Shown here piece after piece: positions 9,872-20,120 of a stretch of 33,835 nt of DNA. Both the position numbers and the translations under genes were made by a program. Every line of letters starts with the position of its first letter. Position 1 is the first letter of the stretch. A model generated the notes under the pieces. The model was not told where the DNA came from. It did no database searches and was given only the letters and a program-made list of their open reading frames with translations. The DNA is from Candidatus Zambryskibacteria bacterium RIFCSPHIGHO2_01_FULL_43_25 (GTDB lineage Bacteria > Patescibacteriota > Minisyncoccia > Phycocordibacterales > Zambryskibacteraceae), in assembly GCA_001823695.1 (NCBI GenBank), contig MHVD01000009.1, positions 1 through 33,835 on the forward strand, read 5' to 3'.

Positions 9872-10714
9872 ATGAATATCAGTGGGGACCTTGCTGCAAT
9901 TTTCTCTTTCGTGCTTGGCGCTATAGTTGGCAGTTTTCTTAATGTCTTAATATTGCGCTACAACACCGGACTGGGTATTTATGGCAGATCTCGGTGTTTC
10001 TCATGCGGCAGCCCGTTGCGGTGGTATGACTTGATACCAATTGTGAGTTTTTTAGCGCTTCGTAGCCGTTGCCGATATTGTGGAGCAAAAATTTCGGTCC
10101 AATATCCAATAGTTGAACTTTTCAGCGGATTGCTATTTGCTTTGTTTTTCATTTTCGCTCGAAACAACACCTTTTCAATTTCTTTGTTTATTCCGTATCT
10201 TATCTGCCTGTGGTTCATCGCCTCTGTTTTGATTTTTACTCTTGTATACGATCTCAAACATAAAATAATTCCGGATAGCGCCTCAATTGCTTTGGCCGTG
10301 GTCGCCATAGTATTTAGTGTTCTCACAATTGGAGCGAGTCAGGCTTTATTTATAAACCTGATTACGGCCCTGATAATTTCTCTCATTTTTGCTTCATTCT
10401 GGTTCATATCTCGCGGCCGCGCAATGGGGTTGGGCGACGCAAAGCTTGTCTTTGGTTTAGCCGTTTTTTTGGGCTATCCGATGTCGATATCGGCAACTGT
10501 TGTCGCTTTTTGGATTGGCGCGGCTTATGCGTTGATAATAATTGCCATGGATAAGGCGAGCCGTATAGTGGCGACAGGTGGTGGGGATTTCCAATTGAGT
10601 TACTCTTCAAAACAGATTACAATGAAGAGTGAGTTGCCGTTCGGGCCATTCCTGATAATAGCAGCTCTCATCGTCTTCTTTTTTGAAATAAACGCGTTTG
10701 TTCTGTTTCTCTAA
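9872..10714 (+). CDS. pilD: Prepilin peptidase (A24)
   Basis: GSFLNV, RSRCFSC, CRYC, YDLKHKIIPD, MGLGDAKL, PFGPFL. Confidence 0.95.
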   Translation: MNISGDLAAIFSFVLGAIVGSFLNVLILRYNTGLGIYGRSRCFSCGSPLRWYDLIPIVSFLALRSRCRYCGAKISVQYPIVELFSGLLFALFFIFARNNTFSISLFIPYLICLWFIASVLIFTLVYDLKHKIIPDSASIALAVVAIVFSVLTIGASQALFINLITALIISLIFASFWFISRGRAMGLGDAKLVFGLAVFLGYPMSISATVVAFWIGAAYALIIIAMDKASRIVATGGGDFQLSYSSKQITMKSELPFGPFLIIAALIVFFFEINAFVLFL

Positions 10715-10716
10715 AA

Positions 10717-11376
10717 ATGCAACAAAAACCTAAAAGAGTTCTTTCTTCAAGAGGGTTTACGATACTAGAGCTTATAGTCTCGATTTCTATTATAGTGGTT
10801 ATCACAGCAGTGGTCGCTTTCAATCAAAAGGATTTTGACGACCAAATTTCTCTCGCCAATCTGGCAACCGATATTGAGGTTGAAATCAGACAAGCCCAAG
10901 TGTATGGAATAAGCGTCAGGGAGTTTGCTCCAAACACCAATGAATTTAATATCAGTTACGGAGTCAGCTTTAATTTGCTCACTAGTTTTGGTGGCGGCAA
11001 CAATTTTTATGTTTCTTTTGCCGACAGGCCGCTTCCTTCCCAGAATAATCAGTACGACGGCATTCATTCCGGCAGTAACTGCCAGATTGGCGGCAGTTCG
11101 GAGTGCCTTAACTTCAATAATATCTTGAGAGGCAACATTATAAGCGACCTGTGCGTTACTTTGAATAACAATACACAGCAATGCTTCCCGAATATTGGCA
11201 GGTTTGATGTCATGTTCCAGCGGCCCAATCCAGATGCGGTTTTCACCTTTTTCAACCCCTCGGGAACCGTTGTTCCTTTTCCCGGACATAAAGGAGCCAG
11301 AATTGTAATCACATCACCCAAGGGCAAGACGCAGAGTATCCACATTTACAAAACAGGGCAAATTTCCATTCAATAA
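10717..11376 (+). CDS. Minor pilin (FimT/GspH-like)
   Basis: RG|FTILEL prepilin motif; IRQAQ; C-terminal GQISIQ. Confidence 0.8.
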   Translation: MQQKPKRVLSSRGFTILELIVSISIIVVITAVVAFNQKDFDDQISLANLATDIEVEIRQAQVYGISVREFAPNTNEFNISYGVSFNLLTSFGGGNNFYVSFADRPLPSQNNQYDGIHSGSNCQIGGSSECLNFNNILRGNIISDLCVTLNNNTQQCFPNIGRFDVMFQRPNPDAVFTFFNPSGTVVPFPGHKGARIVITSPKGKTQSIHIYKTGQISIQ

Positions 11377-11383
11377 AAAACTT

Positions 11384-11953
11384 ATGGCGAAATTATCAAC
11401 GACTGGCTTGAATAGGCGGAAGGGGTTCACGTTAGTTGAACTGCTTGTCGCAGTCTCGGTCTTTATTGTGGTTATGGCCATAAGCTTAGGCTCGGTCGTG
11501 TCCATATTGGATGCCGGCAGGAAATCCAAAAGTCTAAAGTCAGTAATGACCAATCTCAACTTTGCTCTGGAAGTAATGTCTAGAGACATCAAGTTCGGCA
11601 AGACATATTATTGCGGCATTACCGGGATGAACCCGCCGCCGCCGCAAAACTGCACCGGGCTGACGGCTCCGAGCAATTCAGTAACTTTCGTTACTAGTAA
11701 TGACGTCCATACCATATACCGCCTTAATAACAACCAAATAGAGAAATCTATAGATAGAGGCACAACCTACATAGGGGTCACTGCGCCGGAAATTATTATC
11801 CAGGATTTAAGGTTTTATGTTTTCGGAACCGGCACGAATGGTCTTCAGCCGCGAGTGTTAGTTCTTATAAGGGGATATGTCGGTCCAAAACCGACATCGC
11901 AGTCCACCTTTATTCTTCAGACCACAGTTTCCCAAAGAGTGCTTGATTCATAA
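11384..11953 (+). CDS. Minor pilin (PilW/GspJ-like)
   Basis: KG|FTLVELLVA; ALEVMSRDIK; QTTVSQR. Confidence 0.8.
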   Translation: MAKLSTTGLNRRKGFTLVELLVAVSVFIVVMAISLGSVVSILDAGRKSKSLKSVMTNLNFALEVMSRDIKFGKTYYCGITGMNPPPPQNCTGLTAPSNSVTFVTSNDVHTIYRLNNNQIEKSIDRGTTYIGVTAPEIIIQDLRFYVFGTGTNGLQPRVLVLIRGYVGPKPTSQSTFILQTTVSQRVLDS

Positions 11954-11958
11954 TTTTT

Positions 11959-12513
11959 ATGAAAAGATACGATAAACAACATAAAACAAAAAACCTGGGT
12001 TTCACCCTGATTGAAACTCTGGTTGCCATAGTGATTTTAATCACGGCGATTACTGCTACGTTCACAGCCGTCCAGAGCGGCATATCAACATCCATTCAAT
12101 CAAAAAATGAAATAACCGCCTTTTACTTAGCTCAAGAGGCAATAGAGTACATCAGGAATATAAGAGACGAGAACAGCATAAATGGATTAAATTGGCTGGC
12201 TGGTTTTGCCCAATTGTCCACTGAACCGTGCTATCCCGGAAAAACTTGTAATATCGATGCGGTTTTTGATGTAATAAAAAATTGCTCCGGCACGTGTCCA
12301 AACTTAGCCCAAAATAACATTTCTACAAGTGCTTATTATGGGATGTTCAGTACAAATATTCCGCCCTGGGCAAGTAGCAATTTCAGAAGAGAAGTTCGGG
12401 TTTCTGTTTTCAGCGCCGACCAAGCGCAAATAAATGTGACTGTAACCTGGACAGCCGGCCTTATAACTCGGACATTTAAGGCGAATGAAATTATCACCGA
12501 TTGGCAATCCTGA
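11959..12513 (+). CDS. Minor pilin (PilV/GspI-like)
   Basis: LG|FTLIETLVA; AFYLAQEAIEYIRNIRD. Confidence 0.8.
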   Translation: MKRYDKQHKTKNLGFTLIETLVAIVILITAITATFTAVQSGISTSIQSKNEITAFYLAQEAIEYIRNIRDENSINGLNWLAGFAQLSTEPCYPGKTCNIDAVFDVIKNCSGTCPNLAQNNISTSAYYGMFSTNIPPWASSNFRREVRVSVFSADQAQINVTVTWTAGLITRTFKANEIITDWQS

Positions 12514-13004
12514 TGACAAATAAACTTAAAACAGCTAAAAATAAAAAAAGAGGAATTGCACTCTATGTAGCCGTGACTGTTACGGGAATTTTGGTTCTTG
12601 TAAGTTTTGCAGTTATTAGTTTGGCTATAAGGCAATTGTCCATTTCTTCTTCATCCAGAGATTCTCAAGCCGCATTCTATGCCGCTGACAGCGGCATAGA
12701 ATGCGCTCTGTATTGGGATGTTAAGGGGGTAGGCGGCCAGAGCGCGTTTGCCACCTCAACGGTCAATCAGATTTCCTGCGGCGACACGACGAATAATCCG
12801 GGCAATAGCAACATCTCAGTCGGCGGGAGTATGACATCAAGCTTTCACTTGGACTTTCTACCGGAGCCGTTTTGCGCTGATGTAAGCGTTACAAAAGATT
12901 ATGTTTCCGGCCTGCCGACTACTCATATTGAATCCAGGGGATACAACAACTGCGACCCAAATAATCTAAGGAGAGTAGAAAGGGCAATAAAGGCTGATTA
13001 CTAA
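12513..13004 (+). CDS. Minor pilin (PilX/GspK-like, no Glu5)
   Basis: RG|IALYVAV lacking E5; AFYAADSGIECALY; TGATG overlap with the previous gene. Confidence 0.8.
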   Translation: MTNKLKTAKNKKRGIALYVAVTVTGILVLVSFAVISLAIRQLSISSSSRDSQAAFYAADSGIECALYWDVKGVGGQSAFATSTVNQISCGDTTNNPGNSNISVGGSMTSSFHLDFLPEPFCADVSVTKDYVSGLPTTHIESRGYNNCDPNNLRRVERAIKADY

Positions 13005-13043
13005 GTTTTTCTTACTATGTGGGCGGCTATTTTTGCGGTATGA

Positions 13044-15092
<2,049 letters not shown>

Positions 15093-15135
15093 GGGCAAAT
15101 ATCGCTAATTTCGCAAAGGTGGTAGTATAACATTT

Positions 15136-15429
15136 ATGATTGAGAGGGAAGAAATCAAAAAACTCGCGTCTCTGTCCAGAATAAAATTGAATGATGACGA
15201 AGTTGGCCAATTCCAAAAGGAAATTGAGTCAATCCTCGCTTTTGTCGCCAAGGTAAGAGAAGCTGCGGGTTCTGCATCGAAGGCGGCCTCTGGCGAGCCG
15301 GATATAAATGTTTTGAGAGAGGACAAAATGCCGCACGAGGGCGGAATTTTCACCGAGTCTCTGTTATCTCAAGCGCCCAAAACGGAAAAAAATTACGTAA
15401 AAGTGAAAAAAATCCTGCAGAATGATTGA
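15136..15429 (+). CDS. gatC: Asp/Glu-tRNA amidotransferase subunit C
   Basis: IKKLASLSRI, NVLRED, YVKVKKIL; overlaps the gatA start. Confidence 0.9.
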   Translation: MIEREEIKKLASLSRIKLNDDEVGQFQKEIESILAFVAKVREAAGSASKAASGEPDINVLREDKMPHEGGIFTESLLSQAPKTEKNYVKVKKILQND

Positions 15430-16840
15430 TACAAAAAATCTGACAATTAAAAAAGCGCATGAATATCTCCAGGACGGAACTTTTTCCGCTGTGGAACTAG
15501 CGGAAACCTATCTTTCGGAAATTGAAAAAAATAAAGACCTCAATGCTTTCCTTGAGGTATATCCTGATGTCTTAGATCAAGCGCGCGACGCAGACAAAAG
15601 AAAATCTTCAGGAGAAAGCCATGTACTTCTAGGGATTCCTGTTGCTGTCAAGGATAACATCCTGATAAAAGGCAAAAAGGCGAGTGCCGCTTCCAAAGTG
15701 CTTTCTGGTTTTGTCGCTCCCTATGATGCTACCGTGATAGAAAAGCTCAAAAAGGCCGGGGTGGTGTTTTTGGGCCGCACCAATATGGACGAGTTCGCAA
15801 TGGGCACGTCCACGGAAAATTCCGCCTTTGGCCCGACCAAAAATCCATATGACAAGACGCGTGTTCCGGGCGGTTCATCGGGTGGTTCGGCGGTTGCGGT
15901 TTCCGCTGGTCTCGCTCTGGCGGCCTTGGGCTCAGACACGGGCGGTTCCATAAGACAGCCGGCGGCTCTGTCTGGTTGCGTGGGGCTCAAGCCGACTTAC
16001 GGAAGAGTGTCGCGTTTTGGCCTAGTAGCTTTAGGGTCATCACTGGACCAAATCGGCCCGCTTGCAAAAACTGTAGGCGACGCGGAAATTATTTTTGATT
16101 GTATAAAAGGCAGAGACCCCAAGGACAGCACTTCATTGTCGGCAGATTCAGAAAAAATGCCAAAGGAAGGCGGCCTTTCAGTAGGGGTGCCATGGCACTT
16201 GCTTGAAGTCGGTGGCATTCATAAGGATGTGAAGGACAACTTTTCTGCTTCGGTGGAGAAGCTTCGCGACTTAGGTTTTGAGATTCGCGATATTAAGCTC
16301 CCGAACGCTCATCTTTCTTTAGCTGCCTATTATGTCATTCTTCCGGCGGAAATATCCTCAAATCTTGCTCGCTATGATGGGATGAAATTCGGCTTATCAG
16401 TCGAAGGAAATAATTTATTAGAAGATTATCTGCTGACCCGAAGGGAAGGATTCGGGCCGGAACCAAGAAGAAGGATACTTCTTGGCACTTATGTCTTGTC
16501 GGCTGGATATTATGATGCTTATTATTCAAAGGCAAATGACGTCAAAGCTTTGGTGAAAGAGGATTTCAGAGGGGCTTATGAGGATGTGGATGTTATTGTT
16601 ATGCCGACTTCGCCGACTCCAGCTTTCAAAATAGGCGAGAAAGTCAACGACCCTCTGGAAATGTATTTGGCGGACATCTTTACTGTTTCGGCCAATATCG
16701 CCGGTATACCGGCACTGTCTGTTCCGTCAGGCTTCTCTTCAGTCGGTGGGAGCAAATTACCGCTCGGCATTCAGTTCCTTGGTCCTCATTTTCAAGAAAG
16801 TTTGCTGTTTAAGGTAGCAAAAAAGTTTTTAGGAGAGTAA
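15422..16840 (+). CDS. gatA: Asp/Glu-tRNA amidotransferase subunit A
   Basis: Amidase signature PGGSSGGSA, GSDTGGSIRQPA, SNLARYDG, RRILLGTYVLS. Confidence 0.97.
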   Translation: MIDTKNLTIKKAHEYLQDGTFSAVELAETYLSEIEKNKDLNAFLEVYPDVLDQARDADKRKSSGESHVLLGIPVAVKDNILIKGKKASAASKVLSGFVAPYDATVIEKLKKAGVVFLGRTNMDEFAMGTSTENSAFGPTKNPYDKTRVPGGSSGGSAVAVSAGLALAALGSDTGGSIRQPAALSGCVGLKPTYGRVSRFGLVALGSSLDQIGPLAKTVGDAEIIFDCIKGRDPKDSTSLSADSEKMPKEGGLSVGVPWHLLEVGGIHKDVKDNFSASVEKLRDLGFEIRDIKLPNAHLSLAAYYVILPAEISSNLARYDGMKFGLSVEGNNLLEDYLLTRREGFGPEPRRRILLGTYVLSAGYYDAYYSKANDVKALVKEDFRGAYEDVDVIVMPTSPTPAFKIGEKVNDPLEMYLADIFTVSANIAGIPALSVPSGFSSVGGSKLPLGIQFLGPHFQESLLFKVAKKFLGE

Positions 16841-16841
16841 T

Positions 16842-16971
16842 CCCGTAGTAGAAAATGACATGGTGAATAGTCACAAAAAGATAGACAAAACAATGAATAT
16901 AAAGTCGAAATTACCAGAAGTATTAGTAAGACAATTTACTCCAAAAGAGTAATGTCATTTTTCACTACGGG
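16842..16971. mobile_element. 130-bp MITE-like element with 20-bp terminal inverted repeats and a flanking AT duplication
   Basis: CCCGTAGTAGAAAATGACAT ... ATGTCATTTTTCACTACGGG; removing it restores a TAATG stop/start overlap. Confidence 0.75.
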
Positions 16972-17625
16972 ATGGCAGAAGAAAAAAAAACCGGGTTAAA
17001 ACTGGATGCTTTCGAAGAAATGGTAGTGATTTTTTTCGTGCTGGCCATTCTTGGTGTTATCTCCGAGCGCTTGCTTAACTTAATCGAAGGTCGGTCAGTC
17101 CTAAGCTCCATAATGAGTGGCGCTTTGTCTGATTTCTTTCACGCGCGCCTACTGCCGATACTCAAAATTATTGGTTTCCTAGTCTCTGGAGCGTCTTTTG
17201 TCGGAATTATATATGCTATTCGTAACTTAACCAGAATCAATACCGCCCTGAATGCGATATATAACCCGCCAATTCCCGCCGGTCTAAGCAAGGGCGATGA
17301 CTCTCCGCTCCGAAACATCAGGTGGGAGAAGATTTTGGTGCATCTTCGTTCGGATAATCCGAATGATTGGAAGTTTGCGATTATAGAAGCCGACATAGTA
17401 TTAAATGATATGTTAGATGCTATGGGCTATAGAGGAGAAACTATCGCGGACAAATTGAAGAATGTTGAAGAGAGTGATTTTCATACTGTGGATGCAGCTT
17501 GGGAAGCACACAAGGTGAGAAACATGATTGCCCACGAGGGAGCAAATTTTGCCGTTACGGAGCGCGAAGTGAGGCGCGTTATAGATTTGTACCGTCAAGT
17601 CTTTGAAGAGTTTAATTTTATATAG
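16972..17625 (+). CDS. Hypothetical membrane protein
   Basis: Two N-terminal TM segments; helical C-terminal domain (WKFAIIEAD, AWEAHKVRN.IAH). Confidence 0.75.
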   Translation: MAEEKKTGLKLDAFEEMVVIFFVLAILGVISERLLNLIEGRSVLSSIMSGALSDFFHARLLPILKIIGFLVSGASFVGIIYAIRNLTRINTALNAIYNPPIPAGLSKGDDSPLRNIRWEKILVHLRSDNPNDWKFAIIEADIVLNDMLDAMGYRGETIADKLKNVEESDFHTVDAAWEAHKVRNMIAHEGANFAVTEREVRRVIDLYRQVFEEFNFI

Positions 17626-17683
17626 TAAGCAAGTGGCTTGAACTGGTTTTCTATTTGCGTATAATGGGTGGTTGTTAGAAGAA

Positions 17684-17754
17684 AGCGGGGTGGAGGAGTA
17701 GTACCTCGTCAGGCTCATAACCTGGAGACATCAGTGCAAATCTGGTCCCCGCAA
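17684..17754 (+). tRNA. tRNA-fMet (CAT), initiator, divergent D and T loops
   Basis: A1:A72 mismatch, A11-U24, anticodon arm TCAGG-CTCATAA-CCTGG, acceptor GCGGGG/CCCCGC. Confidence 0.85.
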
Positions 17755-17761
17755 CAAGGAA

Positions 17762-17795
17762 AACAGAAAATGGCCCGATTGGGTCATTTTCTGTT
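17762..17795 (+). terminator. Bidirectional terminator-like hairpin after tRNA-fMet
   Basis: AACAGAAAATGGCCC-GATT-GGGTCATTTTCTGTT. Confidence 0.75.
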
Positions 17796-17843
17796 CCAAA
17801 ATCATTTTTTGTTATATAGTGTTTTTTGTTTGTCGGGGTAGCT

Positions 17844-17892
17844 CCCCAAACGAAATAACAGTCGACAAGCGACTTATTTCGTACGGGGCAAG
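17844..17892. mobile_element. 49-bp palindromic insertion in the D-stem of the outer tRNA-Met
   Basis: CCCCAAACGAAATA..TATTTCGTACGGGGCAAG; removing it restores GCTCAGTTGGT; homologous to 22624-22672. Confidence 0.75.
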
Positions 17893-17914
17893 CAGTTGGT
17901 TCTTTGGACTTTTA

Positions 17915-18025
17915 CCCCGTTACAGGTTAAATGACGGAGTAGCTCAGTCGGTAGAGCACGGGACTCATAAGCCCGGGGTCGTGGGTTCAATCCCCACCTC
18001 CGTCACATATAAACCTGTTTCGGGG
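17915..18025. mobile_element. 111-bp inverted-repeat-bounded element carrying tRNA-Met
   Basis: CCCCGTTACAGGTT (17915-17928) / AACCTGTTTCGGGG (18012-18025), 12 of 14 complementary. Confidence 0.7.
17933..18005 (+). tRNA. tRNA-Met (CAT), probably elongator (Ile2 not excluded); intact inner copy
   Basis: Full cloverleaf: GACGGAG/CTCCGTC, GCTC/GAGC, CTCATAA loop, GTGGG-TTCAATC-CCCAC. Confidence 0.92.
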
Positions 18026-18134
18026 CATAAGCCTCAGACAGTGGTTCGACTCCACTCATCGGCACAAAAATTATTATAATTTGAAATATGTAAACAGTAA
18101 TAGTAATGTGCTGTCACGTGGTATAATGTAATTA

Positions 18135-18821
18135 GTGCCGATATACAAAAAAGTAAACAGGAGCTTTTTTAAAAAATGGTCACCAAGAATGGCATATATT
18201 TTGGGTTTCTTTGCTGCTGATGGAACAATGATTGCAAACAACAGAGGGGCGTATTTTATTGAATTTCATGTCACTGATAAAGATATAATCTTGAAAATTA
18301 GGAAAGTACTGGGGTCAAATCATAAGATATCAATCCGTGACCGAGGAGTTAAAGAGTGGAAACTTGGGTATCGGTTACAAATTGGAAGTAAGGAAATGTT
18401 TAACGATTTATCGTTATTGGGTTTTAAACCTAACAAATCTAAAAAAATGGAAATGCCCGAAATTCCTACAGAATTAGTCAGAGATTTTGTTAGAGGATAT
18501 TTTGACGGCGACGGCTGCGTCTATTTTAAGAAACATTTTAGAAAAGATAGAAATAAATATAGTTGGGTTTTTACAACCAGGTTTACTTGTGGTACAAGAA
18601 GTTTTTTAGAGTCATTACATAATTTGTTGGATTCCTATGTAACTGGTGGTTATATTACTAACAAACAAAGGGGATATGAACTGGTATTTAGTAAACATGA
18701 CAGTCTTGCTTTATACAAGTTAATGTATCATACTGGTTGTCAAAGTTTATATCTAAATAGAAAATATAGACTTTTTAACAAGGCAATAAAAACCTTGTGC
18801 GGTTCGGATATGCGATCGTAG
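18135..18821 (+). CDS. Free-standing double-motif LAGLIDADG homing endonuclease-like protein
   Basis: YILGFFAADG and FVRGYFDGDG motifs, LGFKPNKS, L.RK; stop codon lies inside tRNA-Asp. Confidence 0.88.
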   Translation: MPIYKKVNRSFFKKWSPRMAYILGFFAADGTMIANNRGAYFIEFHVTDKDIILKIRKVLGSNHKISIRDRGVKEWKLGYRLQIGSKEMFNDLSLLGFKPNKSKKMEMPEIPTELVRDFVRGYFDGDGCVYFKKHFRKDRNKYSWVFTTRFTCGTRSFLESLHNLLDSYVTGGYITNKQRGYELVFSKHDSLALYKLMYHTGCQSLYLNRKYRLFNKAIKTLCGSDMRS

Positions 18822-19102
18822 CTCAACTTGGTTAGAGCACCCGCCTGTAGACGTGCAGCTTCTCCGCTAAAGCGGAGTTGAAACTCTCTGGGATAACGGT
18901 GAAGGCTAAATTCATCATATGATGAACATGCGAATACCGTGGGAACCCCGCTTCGTGGGCGGGGGCGCCGTAGAGACTAGATACCGGAGTACCTAAATTC
19001 GTTAACTGACGAGCACGGTAAAGATATAGTCCACGCCATTATGAAAATAATGGGTATAGTGCACGCGGGAGGTTGCCGGTTCAAGTCCGGTCGGTCGCGC
19101 CA
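18812..19102 (+). tRNA. tRNA-Asp (GTC) split by a group I intron: exons 18812-18848 and 19062-19102
   Basis: Joined exons give GCGATCG/CGGTCGC acceptor, CCCGC-CTGT^CAC-GCGGG anticodon arm, G73 and encoded CCA. Confidence 0.92.
18849..19061 (+). ncRNA. 213-nt group I intron at anticodon position 35/36, no internal ORF
   Basis: Exon ends in U, intron ends in G; P1 CTGT/GCAG with U-G pair; P10 CGTG/CACG; P7 GACTA (18975-18979)/TAGTC (19027-19031) in AAGATATAGTCC; P9 with GAAA loop. Confidence 0.9.
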
Positions 19103-19177
19103 TGAACCATACGGTTCATGGCTGTCCTGCATCGTATGGTGCAGGACGCCATGGTGTATATTGTATGGTATTACACC
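19099..19177. repeat. Three tandem short palindromes with GTAT/ATAC loops
   Basis: GCCATGAACC-ATAC-GGTTCATGGC; GTCCTGCATC-GTAT-GGTGCAGGAC; degenerate GGTGTA..GTAT..TACACC. Confidence 0.7.
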
Positions 19178-19201
19178 CACGAATTAGTATGATTAATGTA
19201 A

Positions 19202-19453
19202 ATGTATTACGTTTACATTCTTAAATCAGAGGCCGATAAAAAGTTATATATCGGCTATTCTGCAAATTTAAAGAAAAGATTTCAGGAACATCAAGATGGG
19301 AGGGTTAGGTCTACAAAGCCAAGAAGGCCTTTTGAGCTTATTTTCTATGAGGCATATAAAAGTAGACTAGATGCCAAAAGAAGAGAAAAGTATTTCAAAA
19401 CTGATAAAGGGAAAACGACCATAAAAACTATGTTAGAAAAATCTTTAGCTTAA
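19202..19453 (+). CDS. Small GIY-YIG nuclease family protein
   Basis: YYVYIL...LYIGYS.NLKKR...H, ST..RRP, AKRREKYFK. Confidence 0.9.
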   Translation: MYYVYILKSEADKKLYIGYSANLKKRFQEHQDGRVRSTKPRRPFELIFYEAYKSRLDAKRREKYFKTDKGKTTIKTMLEKSLA

Positions 19454-19500
19454 ACTCTACGATTAGGGATTTTTTGGTTCTAACTTGGTATACTCTTTTG

Positions 19501-19929
19501 ATGAGTTACAACGACAAAAGCCAAATAATCAGACACTATGACATGGTAAGTCCCTACTATTATTCTCTTTGGGGAGAACATCTTCACCACGGTTATTGGG
19601 AAACTGGAAAGGAGACAAAGGAAGAAGCCCAGCTGGCTCTGACAAAACATTTGGCTAAAGTAGCTGGTATAAAGCACAGCAGTAAAATTCTGGATGTAGG
19701 ATGTGGTTTTGGCGCGAGTAGTATTTATCTTGCTAAGTACCTAGATGCCAAATGTACAGGGGTCACTATTTCTCCAGTCCAAGTTAGTATGGCGCAAAAT
19801 GCGGCAAAAAAAGAAAATGCCCTGTGTGAATTTTTGCTTATGGATGCAGAAAAAATGGAATTTAATGAACCATTTGATGTAATCTGGTCAATAGAATCAA
19901 TTTCACATTACACAAATACTGAAAAGTAG
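19501..19929 (+). pseudogene. 3'-truncated class I SAM-dependent methyltransferase (tocopherol/sterol MT-like)
   Basis: WGEHLHHGYW, ILDVGCGFG, FDVIWSIES..H, then an abrupt stop at the start of a 68-bp repeat. Confidence 0.75.
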
Positions 19930-19997
19930 TTCTAACATTGCTCACCACAGTAGTGGGATATAAATCACTACGGGGCAGGCTAGTTCGCGCGTCGGTT
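19930..19997 (+). repeat. 68-bp direct repeat, copy 1
   Basis: 67/68 identical to 21160-21227; contains a GTAGTG/CACTAC hairpin ending CGGGGCAGG. Confidence 0.9.
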
Positions 19998-20120
19998 TTT
20001 CTCTAGTGTTTAAGCCATTAAAATCTATTGAAGAGGGGGTTAATTGTTCTCTTTTACACCATTAAGTGTTATGGTAAAATTAAAGTAGAGGGTGTTTTAT
20101 TATTAATAGGCTTATTTTTT

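Larger units (their letters stand above)
17832..18064 (+). pseudogene. Interrupted outer tRNA-Met(CAT) enclosing two insertions and an intact tRNA-Met
   Basis: 5' piece GTCGGGGTAGCT..CAGTTGGT..GGACT; 3' piece CATAAGCC..GTGGTTCGACTCCACTCATCGGCA; acceptor halves pair at 6 of 7 positions (two G-U). Confidence 0.7.

Noticed and set aside
15136-16840. Absence of gatB after gatC-gatA and of pilQ in the pilus cluster
   Set aside because: gatB may lie elsewhere, and lack of a secretin is expected for a monoderm-like CPR cell; cannot be judged from one window.
17819-18079. 86-aa ORF
   Set aside because: Spans the nested tRNA-Met structure; no protein features.
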